A stretch of 64,000 bases of DNA, taken from assembly GCF_964355755.1 (NCBI RefSeq), contig NC_092676.1:19424871-19488870 (forward strand), given 5' to 3'. This document shows, one piece after another, positions 37,501 to 51,905 of this stretch. The number at the start of each line of letters is the position of its first letter. The first letter of the stretch is position 1. Below the pieces are notes generated by a model. It was given only the letters and a program-made list of their open reading frames with translations, made no database searches and was not told where the DNA came from. The DNA is from Antedon mediterranea (taxonomy: Eukaryota; Animalia; Echinodermata). The translations under genes and the position numbers were made by a program.

Positions 37501-40500
37501 TTGACGAAAAAGATGAAAAAACTACTTTTTAACTTCATCTGGCCATATGTTAACGTCACAACATCCGATAGGCTTGGTTTTTATATGAATTCATATCTAC
37601 ATTTCATCAGCTTCCATAATAAATTATAATCATCAAGGTAACCTTCAATTCTGAAGAGCTGTAAGATAATCAAATTTACGGCGAAGTTGAAATTACACGA
37701 CCTACGTTATTCAAGTTTTTACGCGTGATGACGTCATCAAAATAAAAATGTTGACAACTCCTGAGAAAGATAATTAATTGAGCAAGCACATACTAAAACT
37801 TCTCCGAAAATCGAGCTAAAATAACGGAAATGCGCTCTATTGAATGTGAAAAGCCATACAAAAAGATAAAAATTACTAATTTTTAAATTGAAGTGGCCAT
37901 TTGATGACGTCATACCATTTTGTACGTCTAATGTGTACATGAATATGTATCTACAACCCAATGGCTTCCCGAATAACTTAAAAAAATTGGGGGTCACCTG
38001 CCATTCTAAAGAGTTATATTCATTTTAAAAAGGCCTTATTTTTTCACCATTTTCATCACTTTGATGCAATTAATTTGCGCATTTTGATATTTTTAACCTG
38101 CTCGTATACCGTTATTTTAAGTCGGAACTGACTCAAATTTGGTGAATGTACTAAGGATGGTGAGTAGAATGCGATTTGTATAAAAAAATTGCAATTTTTA
38201 CACTTTGTAAGTATCGCGTGCGCAAAATAATTTTTTTGCGCAGTAATTTTTTGAAACACGCAAATGGCCTAATTCATGCTCTAAATTGATTAAAACGTAA
38301 GTTTGAGCTTTTTAAATTTTTAATGCACGATTTCACGCACATGACCCTACGTGCGCGCGCGTTTTTATTTGCTAATATTTTTACCCTTGACCTGAAGTTT
38401 ACGTGTAGTGAATTTCATAAATATGTGATAATGAATTATGGATATATGATTGATAATGTGATTTCACAAAATGGCGTATACGTGACGTCACGGGTCAGTG
38501 ATCACGCTGAAAAGCTTATTATGGCTAAGTTAAAGTATCTGAAAGACATTGTGAAATTTTTGTGATCATTGTTATTCAACTTTTTGAGATATTTGTTACA
38601 CAAAAAGTGTACAGAAAGAAAAAAAATAATAAAGATTTCATACAATAACAATAGGTGATCATTTTATTCTAAATGATCACCTAATTATTGAAATCTAAAG
38701 AACTGTAATAGACCAAAGCCCGTCCTGTAATGCCCTTTTCAGAGAATTCATCAACTCAAATTATTTTCTTATTTTTGTGAAATTAAATAAAAATGCTGGA
38801 GCTTTCATCACTTCTACTCTCCTTCCCCCTCCCCCACCCCAATGTAAACGTTTTAGTGGTTCATATTTTCATAAAATTGATACAATGATTGCGTTTATGT
38901 TAATAGTTTTAATACAATGGTACCTTGTTTGTTATTTTTTTTCCCAGAATAGCATAGTTATATCACACCTTGATAAAGATATAACTACACAGTTTTTCGC
39001 TCCTCAAACAATATTTAGTGATATTCACAGTCAAAGTGTAAGTGAGATTCTTAATTTCTAATAATTTTAATAATATAATTATAGAAAGTGAATAAGTTGA
39101 TTTCTGAAACCCAGCTTTACTGAAAGTTATCTAAAAGTATATAATAAAAACAATGTTTTCTATTTTTAAATAATTGGTTCCCTCTATAGAATTTATAATT
39201 AATTAAAAAATTATTGTTAATTAAATTATATAAATTTACCTTTACTGTTCAGAACCTCATTGTAAGTTTAGTTGCAATGTGGACAGCAACATTCATCTTC
39301 TCTAAAGCTCTATCTACACTATCAAACTTTATGTGACAAAAAATGTGATTTGCCCAAATATGGTAGTGACATTTTTTTGTTGCATAAAGTTTGATAAAGT
39401 GTAGACAGAGCTTAAAGGATCCCATCGTGTCAAGCTGCTACCAAACAGCGCTCATATTCATCTATTAGATATTGCTCACAAGTTTTTGAATGTTCAAGTA
39501 ATTTAAAATAATAACCTTTTATGGTTTATTTTTTAATCTATATTTCTATCAGGTTAATTCAATTTACTTTTTGAAAGAAACATTAATCATACATACAGAA
39601 ATTTGAGTAGCAATCTGTCGCAAATTACTTAGATTAATAAACAATTGTAATAGTAGGCTCTGAATACTTTGATCATTGTATACAATAAAACAAATTGGGT
39701 TATTTTAGGGGGAAATAGTAACACAATCTGAAACAGCTTGCGTTATGACAATGCCCATCGGATATACCAAATGCAACATCAAGAAATGTGTACTTCTCAT
39801 TATACTGTAGTTGAACAAATGTTTGAAAATAAACTACCATTATTAATTCTAAACAATTGAGACAGCTTGACAATTCCTTTCCAGTTCAGTTATCTTTGTT
39901 TGTTACCATCATTTTCCACCTATTTATTTATTTAAAAAAAATTATAATTTTAGCTGTTTTATTATCTATTCCCTCACTTGGTCCACACCAATAACAAAGT
40001 GGTACTTAATTGTTGTAGAGCGATATGTGCTGTATGGCTTCTGATCGTTTGTATGATTTTGAATAATTAATGAGAACAATTTACAAGAAGTGGAATCATG
40101 TAAAAAACGAACAGAATTAGCCTAGATCAGTTTTAAGTTGCCACCTCATTAAATATAGTAGACAATTTTTTTAAATTATACAATATTTTCTACCATCCAA
40201 CTTTTAAACATTATTTGTATATTATTTATGTATTTTGATACCCGTTTTTGTAGATTGTAGGTTTAGATGTATCACCCGCAGGTGCACTGGCTGTGTCTGC
40301 CGGAATGGATGGCCTCTTGAGAATATGGGAAACAGACACTGGTATTATTAGGGTAAATCTGTTCTACTGTATATGATAGAATAAATAGACTAGTAGGGAT
40401 AAACCAAACATACATACTGCATTTTGCTTCTTTAAACAAGCACAGGGTTTGTGTGTGTGTTTGAATTTGAGTATAAAAATTCATTTTTCTTGTATCTATA

Positions 40501-43500
40501 TACAGAAGTTTTACATTTAATATACAGTACAACGTTCCCTGGATTTGACGTATGCATAAAATGACCGATGACGTCATCATTTTTAGTAATTTATTACATA
40601 AATTGTGTGTTATTTTTTTACATTAAGGGCAAAAAATTACAAAGCCAAGGCTGTGAGACAATCCATACACATGCATTCTTCCTACAGCAGCGACTGTTTT
40701 TATTGATAGAAAATACAAGAACATTTATTTTTTATTATATTTTTTTATAGTTTATTTAACACTTAATTTAAACATCGCACAACCTGCATGTGCTTTTCTA
40801 GTTAGGCTAGATTATTAGTCTATAGATACCTAGCTAGTGACCACTGCACGGCAGCCTTTTTAGCTACGATATACGTATTTGGGGGTCAATTTAAGGTCAA
40901 CCTGGATTCTAAAAATCCCATGTTTTACGTTCGTCTTTCGGTCCCGTATTGTACATAAAATGAAGGTTCTACTGTACTGAATTTAAATGTTATTAAGAGA
41001 ATATGTTTTGTTTAAATATAGAGGGAGCTATCAGGGCATTTAGGTGATGTAAACTGCTGCTCTTTCTTTCCTTCTGGTCTGGTTGTTCTGAGTGGTGGCA
41101 GTGATCTACAACTGAAAATCTGGTCAGTAGAAGATGGCAGCTGCCCTGTTACTTTAAGAGGACATACTGCTGGTTAGTATATATTAGTGGCAGGTTGTTC
41201 ATCTATTTTGTGCCCAACTTATCTGGATAAACCAAAAAGGGAGAACATAGTACGAAATGAACACACCACTCTAAGACAATGGTATCATTCAAGAATCATA
41301 TGCTCATGTGGGTGACTACGTCATATGCACATCACCATTTCTTTTTTAGATTTGTGTAATTTCAACTGGCCTCCAACTGAGAATGAACTCATTGAATATA
41401 TGCTGAACGAAAAAACAAAGAATGCGAAAAATGTCATGGAATATGCAGGAGACTGCCCTCACAATCTTTTATAGAATTGTTTTTAAATTTCAGCAATACT
41501 TGGTATAGCCATTGTTGACAAAGGAAGAAATGTTGTATCTTGTTCAAGAGATGGATCTGCTAGGCTATGGGACTGTGGGACGGCTACCTGTTTAGGTGTC
41601 TTACACCAGGGAAATAGTCCCATCAATGCCTGTGCTGTCGGAGTTGCCCATGAGTCTGTTAACCTTGAAGTGCCAGATATAATACCTAGTAAGTAAAAAA
41701 CAAATTAAAAAAAAAAAAAAAAAAAAAACATCATTTACAATATAGCAAAGGTTTAAAGATGTATTGCCCCCCTGAAAAAAAATTCTTAAACAATTTTTTG
41801 TTGAATACGCCATTTTAATGTAACATAATAGTTATCCACTTTGAGCAAAAATTGGATTGAAAAAACTGTAATTTAAAGCAAAAAATTGTCAAATTGGCTG
41901 CCAGCCAATGGGTTTTTGGTTGAATTTAACCATTTATTTTAAACATTATTTTTTTCCCATTTTTTTTTTCTTTAGAAGTGATTAACTTTATTAAAACTAC
42001 AAAATAAAATATTCAAAGTCTGATTTAATTAATCTTAATTTTTTATGTTTTTGGGGGACAATACATCTTTAACATCTTATATTTTACATGAATTCCTTTA
42101 CCCCTGATGTTCTGTACAATCAAGCAAATTTCTTGTATATATACTAATCAAGTTAAAATGTTTTGTATGGACAGGCCTTGAATTTGGGGGTTATAGGGTA
42201 AAGGCCAGCTTGGATTTTTCATTAAAACCGAATCAAAGCCAAATATAAGGGAATCAAAACCATTTAAAAATTAAATTTTTTTTCAACTAATATAAAAGGT
42301 GACCGAGAAGTAGAAACTGGAGCCAAGTTGTTATTATTAGCTTGTGAAAATGGAGTTCTCCTTGGAATTGGATTGCAAAGTCGAAAAGAGGTAAGAATAT
42401 TTGCCAAAAATAGTTGATTACATTGTTAACTTGGACAAATGGTGATGTACCATAAGATGAACATGTAGCCATTCATTTTATTTTACTGAGACATTTTTAT
42501 TTCCAGCTCAACAGAGGAGTAGATTTTTAAAACATTCTTAAGTTGATTTTCAAAATAAACTATGCAAATATATATTTGTTTTAAATTAGATGACAAAGTC
42601 TATTCCATAGAATAAAAAACTCACTGGGTTCACTGCAAAACAATTACTAAATAGTTTGACAAAAACAGTGTGATGTACCCAAATATGGTAGTGGTATGAC
42701 ATCATTGTATCCATATATGGGCAAATTACATCACATACAGTTTGAACTTAAAAGCTATATGTAAACTGTTATTGTGTGTGTTTCAGACTTTCTGTGTGGA
42801 GCATGAAACTGCATTCAATTGTTGCCAGTTCTTGTCAAAGACACTTATTGCAGCTGGATCACAAGATGGAAAAATCTTCATTGTTGATATCCGAGACCCA
42901 AGGTAACATCTTTTCTTTTTCTCCAGAACCATACACTATCCCTGGTCAGGGGCAGATCCAGGTTTTGAAAATAAGGAGCTCAGATACTAAGTATTTGACA
43001 ACGAAGTGAATTTCAGTAAATGGCACCCCTAGGTGTCGGAAATGGTACTCTCACATAAAATTCATGATAAAATGGCACCTCCCAATAGTCTAGTTGGCCC
43101 GGAAATGAATTGCACGTCTTAACAATTAGGGAAACTTTGCTGGCCGGTAAACACAGTGACGTAACATCCTTTTTTTAGTATGTTAGAGATGCAGGAATTT
43201 TGTTTTAGAAGGTATTGATTTATTATTATGGTTTAGGCCAGTTTTTATCTTTCCAAGGAAGTCATTGTACTTTTATCATAAGTATTGAATGGCCTGATCC
43301 AGAATACCTTTTCACACACACACGCCAGGCCATCAGTACCGGCGTTTTGTATGGTGTGTGCACTGGTGTGTGTGAACTCCAGTTAACTCCACATACTCAA
43401 ATTATGTGTTATGTGTCAGCAGTGTAATCCACTCATGAATCCTCCCTCCATTATGAAAATAATGTGTTTGCTTCCCTCTACCGTAACAAACTATTACTGC

Positions 43501-46500
43501 ATATAGGTATTTCATATATAAAAAAAAAATTATATAATTACATTTCAATTAAATTTAAGTAGGCACAGGATGGCCGTGAGTTGACGTTTCTGAAGTACCT
43601 ATTCACAATATGTTATAAGTAAATTAGATATACACCTTGACATTTAATATAATGGCCTTAATCTCAACCAATCGTTCTATTTGTTCTACCAAACTAAATA
43701 AATTCTTAATTTGTACAATGGTACAATCCTATATCTCTTCCCACCTTTTTCCTCATCCCTCCTCTCCTCCCATATTTCTCCCCTACCTTTTTGCTTTTCT
43801 TCTATTTCCTTTCTTCCTTCCTCTTCTTCCTTACCTTCCTTCTTTGCCTTCCTTTCTCTCTCATTCCTCACCTTCTTTCTCTTCTTCCTCCTCCTACCCA
43901 TTTTCTACCACTTCTCCTCCTTTTCATCTACCCCACTAAATTAAGCATCCATGTGTAGTGGGATTCGAAACCATGACCTTCAGTTCACTAGCTTGGTGTT
44001 CGTACCTTTAACCACTGAGCGTTATGATGATTGTTATTTTAACATATTTTTAGAAATAATTGTGCAACATATTTTCAACAATTCCTTAAGCTGTACACTA
44101 ACAAACTTTGGGACAAAAAATTTATGACATATTTTTACCATATTTGAGCATAACACTACCATATTTGGGCACATCACACTTTTTTGTAAAACTAGTTTGA
44201 TAGTGTAGACAGAGCTTTATCACAATATTAAGAGTATTACCTATTTCTGAGTAAAATTTCAAGCAATAAATGTCAAAAATTATTTACTGCAGCTGCATTA
44301 TATTAAATATTATTTTTTTGGAAAATAATAAATTAAACTTGACTAACACATTAATGATGTTACATGGTGATTTATTAATACTTTTATTACTATATTAAAT
44401 CATAATTCATTTTTGGTTTGATATTTTTATTAGGTATATAACTAATACTAATAGTAATTATGAAAATTAGTCGGTACAAATATTTTCCTGTTTCATTGTT
44501 GAATTATCATTTGTGGTTGATGATCGTTGATGTGTCATTTTTCTGTAAAATATTTCAGAATCTTCAATCCTTCCATAGGTCAAGGCTAAGCTTGTTTAAA
44601 TTTAGGTGATGTATTTAATACTGTGTAGAATATTCAACAGCTTAATATAGGTTTAAAAAAACGTCATTGAACTTGGAGCAGCAAGGTCAGGGCTGAGCCG
44701 AAGCACTCAACACAATCCGCACTGAATCCGTGTTGATGTCAAAAACTAACAAAATGTGTTGTCAAGGCCGCCGTAAGAGTGAAACGCACGTAGGCAGTTT
44801 CAATCTGTGTTTCACTTGCGTTTTTCTCATCCTTAAACTTGAAGCGTAAATCTCCAAAAGATTAACATATTTAAATTTTAATGGTAATTATATTTTATGA
44901 TAAATACAATCTATGTTGACTTCAATTGATGTACTACAGCTATATATATCTTGCTATAAGCTACCTTTTGTATACAATTTTATATAAACTCAACAAGTTT
45001 GAGGATTTATGAAATAAGTAAAAATTAATGTATTTGAAAGCTATACCTACTGTATAATTGTCTAGAATATCTATTAATATTATAAAAATATTCAATACAA
45101 ATTCCTATATTTTCCAAAAATACCAAATAGATACCATTTAAAAATATCTTAATTATTTATCTGAAATTATAGACTCCCGATTGGTCGGAAAGAGTACTTG
45201 TAAATGTCCATGTGCGCATTTACTGACCTCATTCTTCCAATCCTAATCATAACAGCACCCATCATTTTGATAATTAATAATAATAATATCCTGGATTTAT
45301 ATAGCGCCTAATGTTGTAAAAAGTCATTTTTTTTGGATCAAACACACATATGGAAACATACTCCCATAATGCAGCTAGTAATCAGCGCAAAGTTGTGTCT
45401 TGATCTAACCGTGATCTTATTTATACACCTGGATGGAGAGAGGCAAACGTAAGTAAAGTATCTTGCCTAAGGATATAAGCAATGCGGCGAGAGTTTGGTT
45501 CGAATCTTGATCTCACAATCAGTAGTTGAATGTCCAACACACTGTGCCACACGCCTCATTACTATACATAAACCCATTTACTACATTAATCATGGAGTAA
45601 AGATTCTTTGCTCCATGCACTAATGTAGGCACACTAATTGAAGCACATTCCTAATTTAATTTGGAATAAATTTTAATACAAATGGATACACCCACTAAAC
45701 TCGAAATAGCAAATGAAACTAAACATGACATATTTCTGTTAATAATTCAAGCTCGTTGAAATAAAAACAGATTTTAATCTGTGTAGCAATAAACCTTGAA
45801 ATCTCCAATTGATAAATGACAACATCAATTTGGAAATCCCAAGATTCTAATTTATTGAATATAAATCAATATATATATAGTAAAACATAAATATCAAATC
45901 AGAAACACGGTTAAAAATACTGTTTGTTTTTAGACTACAAAATTATTTTTCAGACTCAAAATATTTATATATGACCAGTTTCAGTCTCGAAAAGATCCTT
46001 ATCCTTGGTTAATTGTATATTAAACAAGTATTTCAACTCAATTTAGTGTGTTCTAATAATAATTAGTACTTAAAACTATTTCCGTTTTTATTAAGTGCAA
46101 TGTGATACCCAATTTGATTTCGTTTAATATACACAACAATTCTTACCAATAATAAACTGAATCACTAATATACTAAAACGCATGTATAAGTATAAAGCCA
46201 TAAATTGTCTTATCCCAAAGCAAGCAACAAATAGTGATTAGGAGGTGTGAGAGGGGTTCATGATCTTGATAACAATATAAGAGAGACAGTCCTATTGTTA
46301 TTCTCTCCATAAATCATCTTTGTATGAGAAATCTATTATTTATATATGGGTTTACTACCATAGTTTTAATTACTTCAAAAATACAGTTTTTGTTTGTTTC
46401 CTTTAGTTTAATTTATTAGTAAATTAAAACCAATACAAGAATTATTGCTAACCTTAATATTTAGCTTAATTTTCATTAAAGGATAAAAGTTATTAGGGTA

Positions 46501-49500
46501 AAAGTTTTGTATTGTAGTATTTTTTCAGCTATAAAAACCATTTAAATTTTGAAACTTAGCCTAATGATTTTGAAGCATTTCTTTTATCTTTTTAGTGTCC
46601 TTCCCTTAAGGTAAATATTGAGAAATTTAAGTAGTAAGCAATCAATAAACAGATTGCTATTTTTTCTCGATCACATTTATCATTATATTTTTAATATTCA
46701 GATGATTGTTGATATATCTATTTATCTAGGACAATGTCCTTGAGTTAAGGCAATTTCTCTGTTGATTGCCTGTATTTTGAATGCAAATGCAGCAGTTTTA
46801 ATCAAGTTATATGTACCAAAAGCTCAATTTATTATAAATTTGTAAAAATACGATCGTTTCAGAAAAAAGTAGATTGAGTGAATGGTGTATATTTTATTTA
46901 TTTAAAGATGTCAAGTCCTCCTGGAAAAATATTTCTTGAAACAATTTTTGTTGAATATGCCATTTTAATGTCATATAATATTTATCCACTTTGACCAAAA
47001 ATTGGATTGAACAAAATTTATTTATCTGAAAGAAACTGTAATTTAACGCCAAAAATATTAAAATTCGCTGCCAGCCTATGATTTTTTTTATTGAATTTTA
47101 CCATTTATTTTGTCATTTTATAAGTGAAAACTTTGTCATTTTGTTTTTCTACGGAAGTGATTAACTTTATTAATCTATAACCCAGTGTATTCAAAGTCTG
47201 ACTTAATTATTCTTAATTTTTCATGTTTTTTGGGGACAATAGATTTTTAACTATTCCGTTCTGTAGAAGAAAACAGAAATTGTTTTATGTACTGTACCTG
47301 TTTATGTAATCTGTTCTGTAGAACTTTATGTAACCAAAAAAAGTGATGTGCCCATATATGGACATGATGATGTCATATCACTATCAAAGTTAAGCATATC
47401 ACTACAATATTTGGGCACATTACACTTTTTGATAGTGTAGACAGAGCTTTAATATTTATTTTGTTAAACATGAGTACAATAAAAAAAAAAGTTCAAATGA
47501 CTGATGAAAATGGACCTCAATCAAAATTTTATCTATTTATAATTCTTTATGTTTAAGCATTCATGAATACGTAAGTGTGTGCCTTTTTAAGTCGAAACGT
47601 ATTCCTAATGGTTTAACATAAAGAATTATATACAGATAGTTAATATAAAAACCAGATAACAACATTTTTCAAAGAAAATAAATATAATATAAGTTGGTAG
47701 AGCAGAACTAACATTTTAAAGTAAAGCAATTAAAAAAATTATGCCATTCTGGTCTAAAGAATTAGCTTTTTTTTGGAGATACTTTCTAGGCCTAGTAACT
47801 ACTATCCTCTCTTTTCTCATCCCCCCCCCCCCCCCCACACTACCATAATACAGAAACCTAACTCTAATTTTGTTTAAAAGCTGTACCGGTGAGCCTTATC
47901 CTCAGTAGTGTAAACAAGTATATACAGGTAATCGTGATATAAATCCACAAATAAATGATAAAACTGTTGATTTTTTATATTATTTTTCCTAAATTAAAAG
48001 AAATTACTCTATTCTGATTTCCCATCAAACAGTTTCAATACAGTATGCTGCCCTCTATTAGTTTAGTTTGAATTTAATACATTTATCCATCAATTCAGTA
48101 CAATAGATCAAACATTTTTTACTGATATGAGTTTTTTATGGTACCAATAATGTGTCTACAAACTGCAATTGCAGTCAAAAACTGTGTATATACTAGAGTA
48201 GTAACTCTATTAAATTGAAACCTACAGAACGCAACAATGTGTGCCTTAATATGAGTGTCCCTTGAATATAGGGGTTAGCCGTATTGTTAAACATTTATTT
48301 CCCATCATTCATTCATGTCATGGGAAAGTATCCCGTATTGAATAACATGTGTATCCGAAATAGGGGTTCTACTTTATGCAATTATTTGGGGATTTTAGTA
48401 TTGGTAACAATTACAGTTAAGCATTATGACATAAATCGCTAAGGTGAGGATGATCATCTATGGTTACTATGTTTTTTCTCATGCTTTGGAATTCTCTTCC
48501 AAACCACATTAAGGATGTACAGTTTGTGTCACGTTTTAAGAGCCTTTGTAAAATGCATCTGTTCCTTAATGCATACTGAGATGTTTTACTATGGTAGGAG
48601 GCACCCAAGTCTGGGATGACAGTAGATACAACTGTTGCTGACCAGGATTCAATTTAGATCGAACCCTGGTAAGCGACAAAAGCGTATCCCCATGCTTCGA
48701 TTTGGGTTCAACTCTTCCCCTTTTTTGTTATCAGTTTCTATGTACAGTGATTAGAGGTTTCACAACGTTATGCGCTTTATAAATCCATAAATTATTAATA
48801 TTATAAAGAAACAGTATACAGTAGTATCAATTATTTTATAAAAATTCAAACTGTTGAAAACTTATGTTTAAAAAACGACTGAAAATGTATAAAAACACAA
48901 ATATACATTTTCTGCTTAACTGAAAAGTCATGGAAATGTCAAAGTTAGATCTCTTGTGTTATTAAATAACAAAATCAACAACATAAGAGATTTTCTACTA
49001 GACAATTAGTCGCTTCTCTGCTTTCTTGACCTTGGCTCTTGTAAATTATCTTCTGTTACTTAATACATCTCTTGAAACGTAAGTCATGGTTTGTGTTTAA
49101 GCCCCCAAGCATGCTTTGTTTTCCTAGCTCTTGAACTTGCTGAGCCAACAAAAAAATAAAAGAGGAGACAAATTTAAGTTTGATGACTAGTTAATCTTAT
49201 CGGTAAACTTGAGTATGTCTTTGCTATCTGATTGGTTGATTTTTCATCATGTGCCTTTCATTATTGTTCTATTACATGGTAAAAGTTCTATTTAATGTCT
49301 ATATTGCATGTTCATGTTTTTGTAAACATTTTGGGAAAACACTTGAGTGTATCCTTACTATCTGATAGGTTAATTTCGCATTATCTGCCTCAGTATTGTT
49401 CTATTGCATGGTAAAAGTTCTATTTAATGGTTCTATTGCATGTTCAGCTTTTTGTAAAGATCATTAAAATACACTTGAGTGTATCCTTACTATCTGATTG

Positions 49501-49953
49501 GGTAATGTTGTATCTTGTGCCTTTCAGTATAGTTCTATTGTATGGATGAATGTTCTATTGCATGTTCAACGTTTCATGGCTAGTAACTATTGCATGTTAA
49601 ACAAAAACAACCAGTAGTATGTGCTGTCTGTAAGAGATATTTAATTATCCGAGTATCGGTAAATAGAACAGTCAAAGCAATGTAATTTTGTCTAAATCCT
49701 CTTAGATCTACTTATGGTATTACTATAATTGGCCACTTGAAACTATGAAATATATTTTTATATTCTAATATTGTTATGGTCAATTAAAGTCAATAAGTTT
49801 TTAAAAAATATATGAAGAAGGATTGTTCGTCAAATATAATGATTTACAATATTGTGTTTGTGTCTTTTAGAAATTCATTCAAGATTTATCACAAGTGCAA
49901 CTCCTCTATACTCTGCCTGTATAAACATAAAGATGGTATTCTCGCTGGATGTG
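31521..49953 (+). CDS. PAAF1: Proteasomal ATPase-associated factor 1 (WD40; Rpn14 homologue), first 10 coding exons; 3' end not found in window
   Basis: Exons 31521-31570, 31677-31726, 33768-33871, 38948-39037, 40254-40352, 41022-41172, 41494-41688, 42299-42390, 42787-42902, 49871-49953, GT-AG and in frame. Motifs LQSDWNTALR, EGHAWISC, GHLGDVNCCSFFPSGLVVLSGG, IVDKGRNVVSCSRDGSARLWDCG and AFNCCQFLS match PAAF1 as I recall it. Confidence 0.93.
31958..32535. mobile_element. Foldback MITE with ~120-bp inverted arms (PAAF1 intron 2)
   Basis: GTGGCTAAAGATACGGTA.CGTATTCTAACTTCTGTTTACTAAAGGTACGG...TGACGTCATCGTATAAGGACTT at 31958-32082 is mirrored at 32422-32535. Confidence 0.78.
33223..33667. mobile_element. 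Tc1/mariner-pogo-like MITE (TA-CCGTA terminus)
   Basis: TACCGTAAATCTTCTAAT ... ATTAGAAGATTTACAATA with repeated GGGTTACTATT sub-terminal motifs. Confidence 0.6.
33993..38684 (-). mobile_element. Head-to-tail trimer of a ~1.55-kb non-autonomous Helentron/HINE (DINE-1-like) element in PAAF1 intron 3
   Basis: Units start at 33993, 35533 and 37112 with CTAGAATTTAATTCGTCACTTTGACGAATT (hairpin next to terminal CTAG) plus a TAGGTGATCATTT sub-terminal repeat. The other end is the palindrome TAGGTGATCATTTTATTCTAAATGATCACCTAA. No clear TSD. Confidence 0.8.
39303..39414. mobile_element. ~140-bp MITE family copy (internally deleted)
   Basis: TAAAGCTCTATCTACACTATCAAAC ... GTGTAGACAGAGCTTAA. Confidence 0.7.
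41753..42072. mobile_element. Kolobok-like MITE (TTAA-flanked)
   Basis: TTAAAGATGTATTGCCCCC ... GGGGGACAATACATCTTTAA. Confidence 0.78.
43720..43935. repeat. Polypyrimidine (CT-rich) low-complexity tract
   Basis: ~215 nt almost entirely C/T on the plus strand. Confidence 0.85.
45276..45558 (-). mobile_element. tRNA-derived SINE with conserved central domain and L2-like (ATT)n tail
   Basis: Minus strand: degenerate A/B boxes (TGGCACAGTG…GATTCGAACC), core TCCTTAGGCAAGATACTTTAC…GCCTCTCTCCATCCAGGTGTATAAAT, tail GGCGCTATATAAATCC…ATTATTATT. The same tail occurs at ~15146-15220. Confidence 0.7.
46902..47250. mobile_element. Kolobok-like MITE, diverged copy
   Basis: Colinear with 41753-42072; termini TTAAAGATGTC...GGGGACAATAGATTTTTAA. 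Confidence 0.7.
49208..49570. repeat. ~133-bp tandem repeat, ~3 copies
   Basis: CTTGAGT.T.TC.TT.CTATCTGAT…GTTCTATT.CATGGTAAAAGTTCTATT recurs at ~49208, 49342 and 49474. Confidence 0.8.
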
Positions 49954-50267
49954 GTAAGTAAAGAATATTAAAATACATAGTTCTTAGAATCTATGTCATA
50001 GATTAAAACAATGTCATGGACTTAATGACAATATAGGTTGATTGTGGGTGAGGGGAAGATATTTTTCTTAAGAGGTGAGTGTTTGTTTCTTCTAGTGGAA
50101 TTATTCTCATCATCAAACATGATATAGGCTATACCGACTCTCCCACTACCAGACTCTATGAAAACCAGAAATCTTCCAAAACCAAACTGTTTCTCCAACC
50201 ATTAATTTCTATCAATGATAAAACAATACAAACAAAATCGTAAGCAGGCCTGTCGTAATATATCTAT

Positions 50268-51905
50268 GGGCCTGTTTCTGCTGCATAAAAATAACCGGTT
50301 AAAATCGGTGTGAATAAATTAAAATCGGTGTGAATAAATTAACTCCATTTTCTTAGCAGCAGAAACAGGACAAATTTGTGGTAACCGGTTAAAAGGCAGC
50401 GCAAAATAACCGGTTAAAAACACCAATTTAAATCGGTGTTAGAACGCCGTTTAACCGGTTATTGCTGAGCAATTCTTAGCTGCAACACGAAATAACGGTT
50501 ATTTGATTGACAGTTGTGACCCCGGGTCAGATACCATCGCATACGATGTGAGTTTTCCTTGTGGTTTTGACAGTCGAACGAAGAAGTGAACATGTATGTG
50601 GATGAATGAAATCACAAGATATGTTATTCAGTTGTGGAGGGAGAGAAAGTACAGGGAAGGATGGCAGGCAATAGAAAAGAATCACAGATAATAAATAAGA
50701 GCATTTTTGCGAAAGTAAAAGAGGAATTTGGGGTGGAGTTTCGGGGACTACCCAAGCTAAGCAATTTGAGGCGTTAGTACACGCTCTCGCGAAGGGTATG
50801 GATGGTCCTATATTAACACCAAAACGGAAACAAAAGGGACTCAAAATGTTGCAAATACCTACCAAACGATAGTAGATAATGGTTAATTAATTATGAAAAC
50901 CCAAATTTTATAGCAAAAATCATCCGAATTTATGTTATAAACGATGAATTTAGCAACAAAAACTTAATCCAAACGAGCGTATTTATGGCACGCCCTTAGT
51001 GCCTTTAATAGGAGAACTATGAACAATCTTAATTTGATTGTTTTATAAAATTTTTTTAGAAAAACATCACATCGACCGAAAACAAAGGTTATGAGAGCCT
51101 TTGATAATATATTAAATATGATTTTATTAAGCATAGAAATGTGTTATTATTTATGTTAGTACATATTATGCGAAACAATGTTTAATACTGTACTCATTAT
51201 TCTATTAAAGGCACTATGTGCGTGCGATATTCTATGACTTGGATACTCTCGTTTGATTTAAGTTTTTGTGGCTAAACTCGTCATTTTTAACACAAATTCG
51301 GACGATTTTTGCTATAAAAGTTAGGGTTTCATGAATCATAATTAATTAACAATTATCTACTCTCGTTTGGTAGGTATTGCAACATTCTAAGTCTCGTTTT
51401 TGTTTCCGTTTGGTTTTTTGTAGGACCGCGCTCGCGAAAGACAACAGTCGTTCACGTGGTAAGGGCCGTATCATCATCGCCTTTGTTGATGAATTTTAGG
51501 CTAGATAAAAATTATCCTAGGCGATCGGGCGCTGCACGACCCTCCCCATGTTATTGAAGGCGCCATGAGAATTAATTTTATTAGCGATCAGTAAGTAGGC
51601 TTTACAAAAAACAAAACTTGTAGACCTGTAGACAACATTTTATTATTTTAACATGTTTGAGATGTTCGGCGATATACACACGTGTGTACTGACGACGTCG
51701 ATGTAAACAAACAGCCAACTTACTACTTCCGTCTGAGTGTATTGCATTTTGGGTAATGATGACGTTTTGCTCGACAACCACCCATAGATTTAACCGGTTA
51801 TTTCGGAGCACAAATTGAGCAGAAACGCGGTCTTGTTATTGTTATCTATTTTTAATCTATTTTAAAATAACCGGTTAAATTGCGTTATGCAGCAGAAACA
51901 GACCC
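50268..51905. mobile_element. Harbinger-like non-autonomous element with AACCGGTT sub-terminal repeats and an internal foldback
   Basis: TIR GGGCCTGTTTCTGCTGCATAA / TTATGCAGCAGAAACAGACCC. A short relative lies at 14665-14828. Internal inverted repeat ~50800-50980 vs ~51245-51430. Confidence 0.75.

Noticed and set aside
43637-43944. Low-complexity ORFs (Pro/Ser/Phe- or Lys/Glu-rich)
   Set aside because: Artefacts of the CT-rich tract.
49010-49150. Minus-strand GLNTNHDLR resembling a Crypton tyrosine-recombinase TNHSLR motif
   Set aside because: Too short, interrupted by stops, and no supporting motifs.
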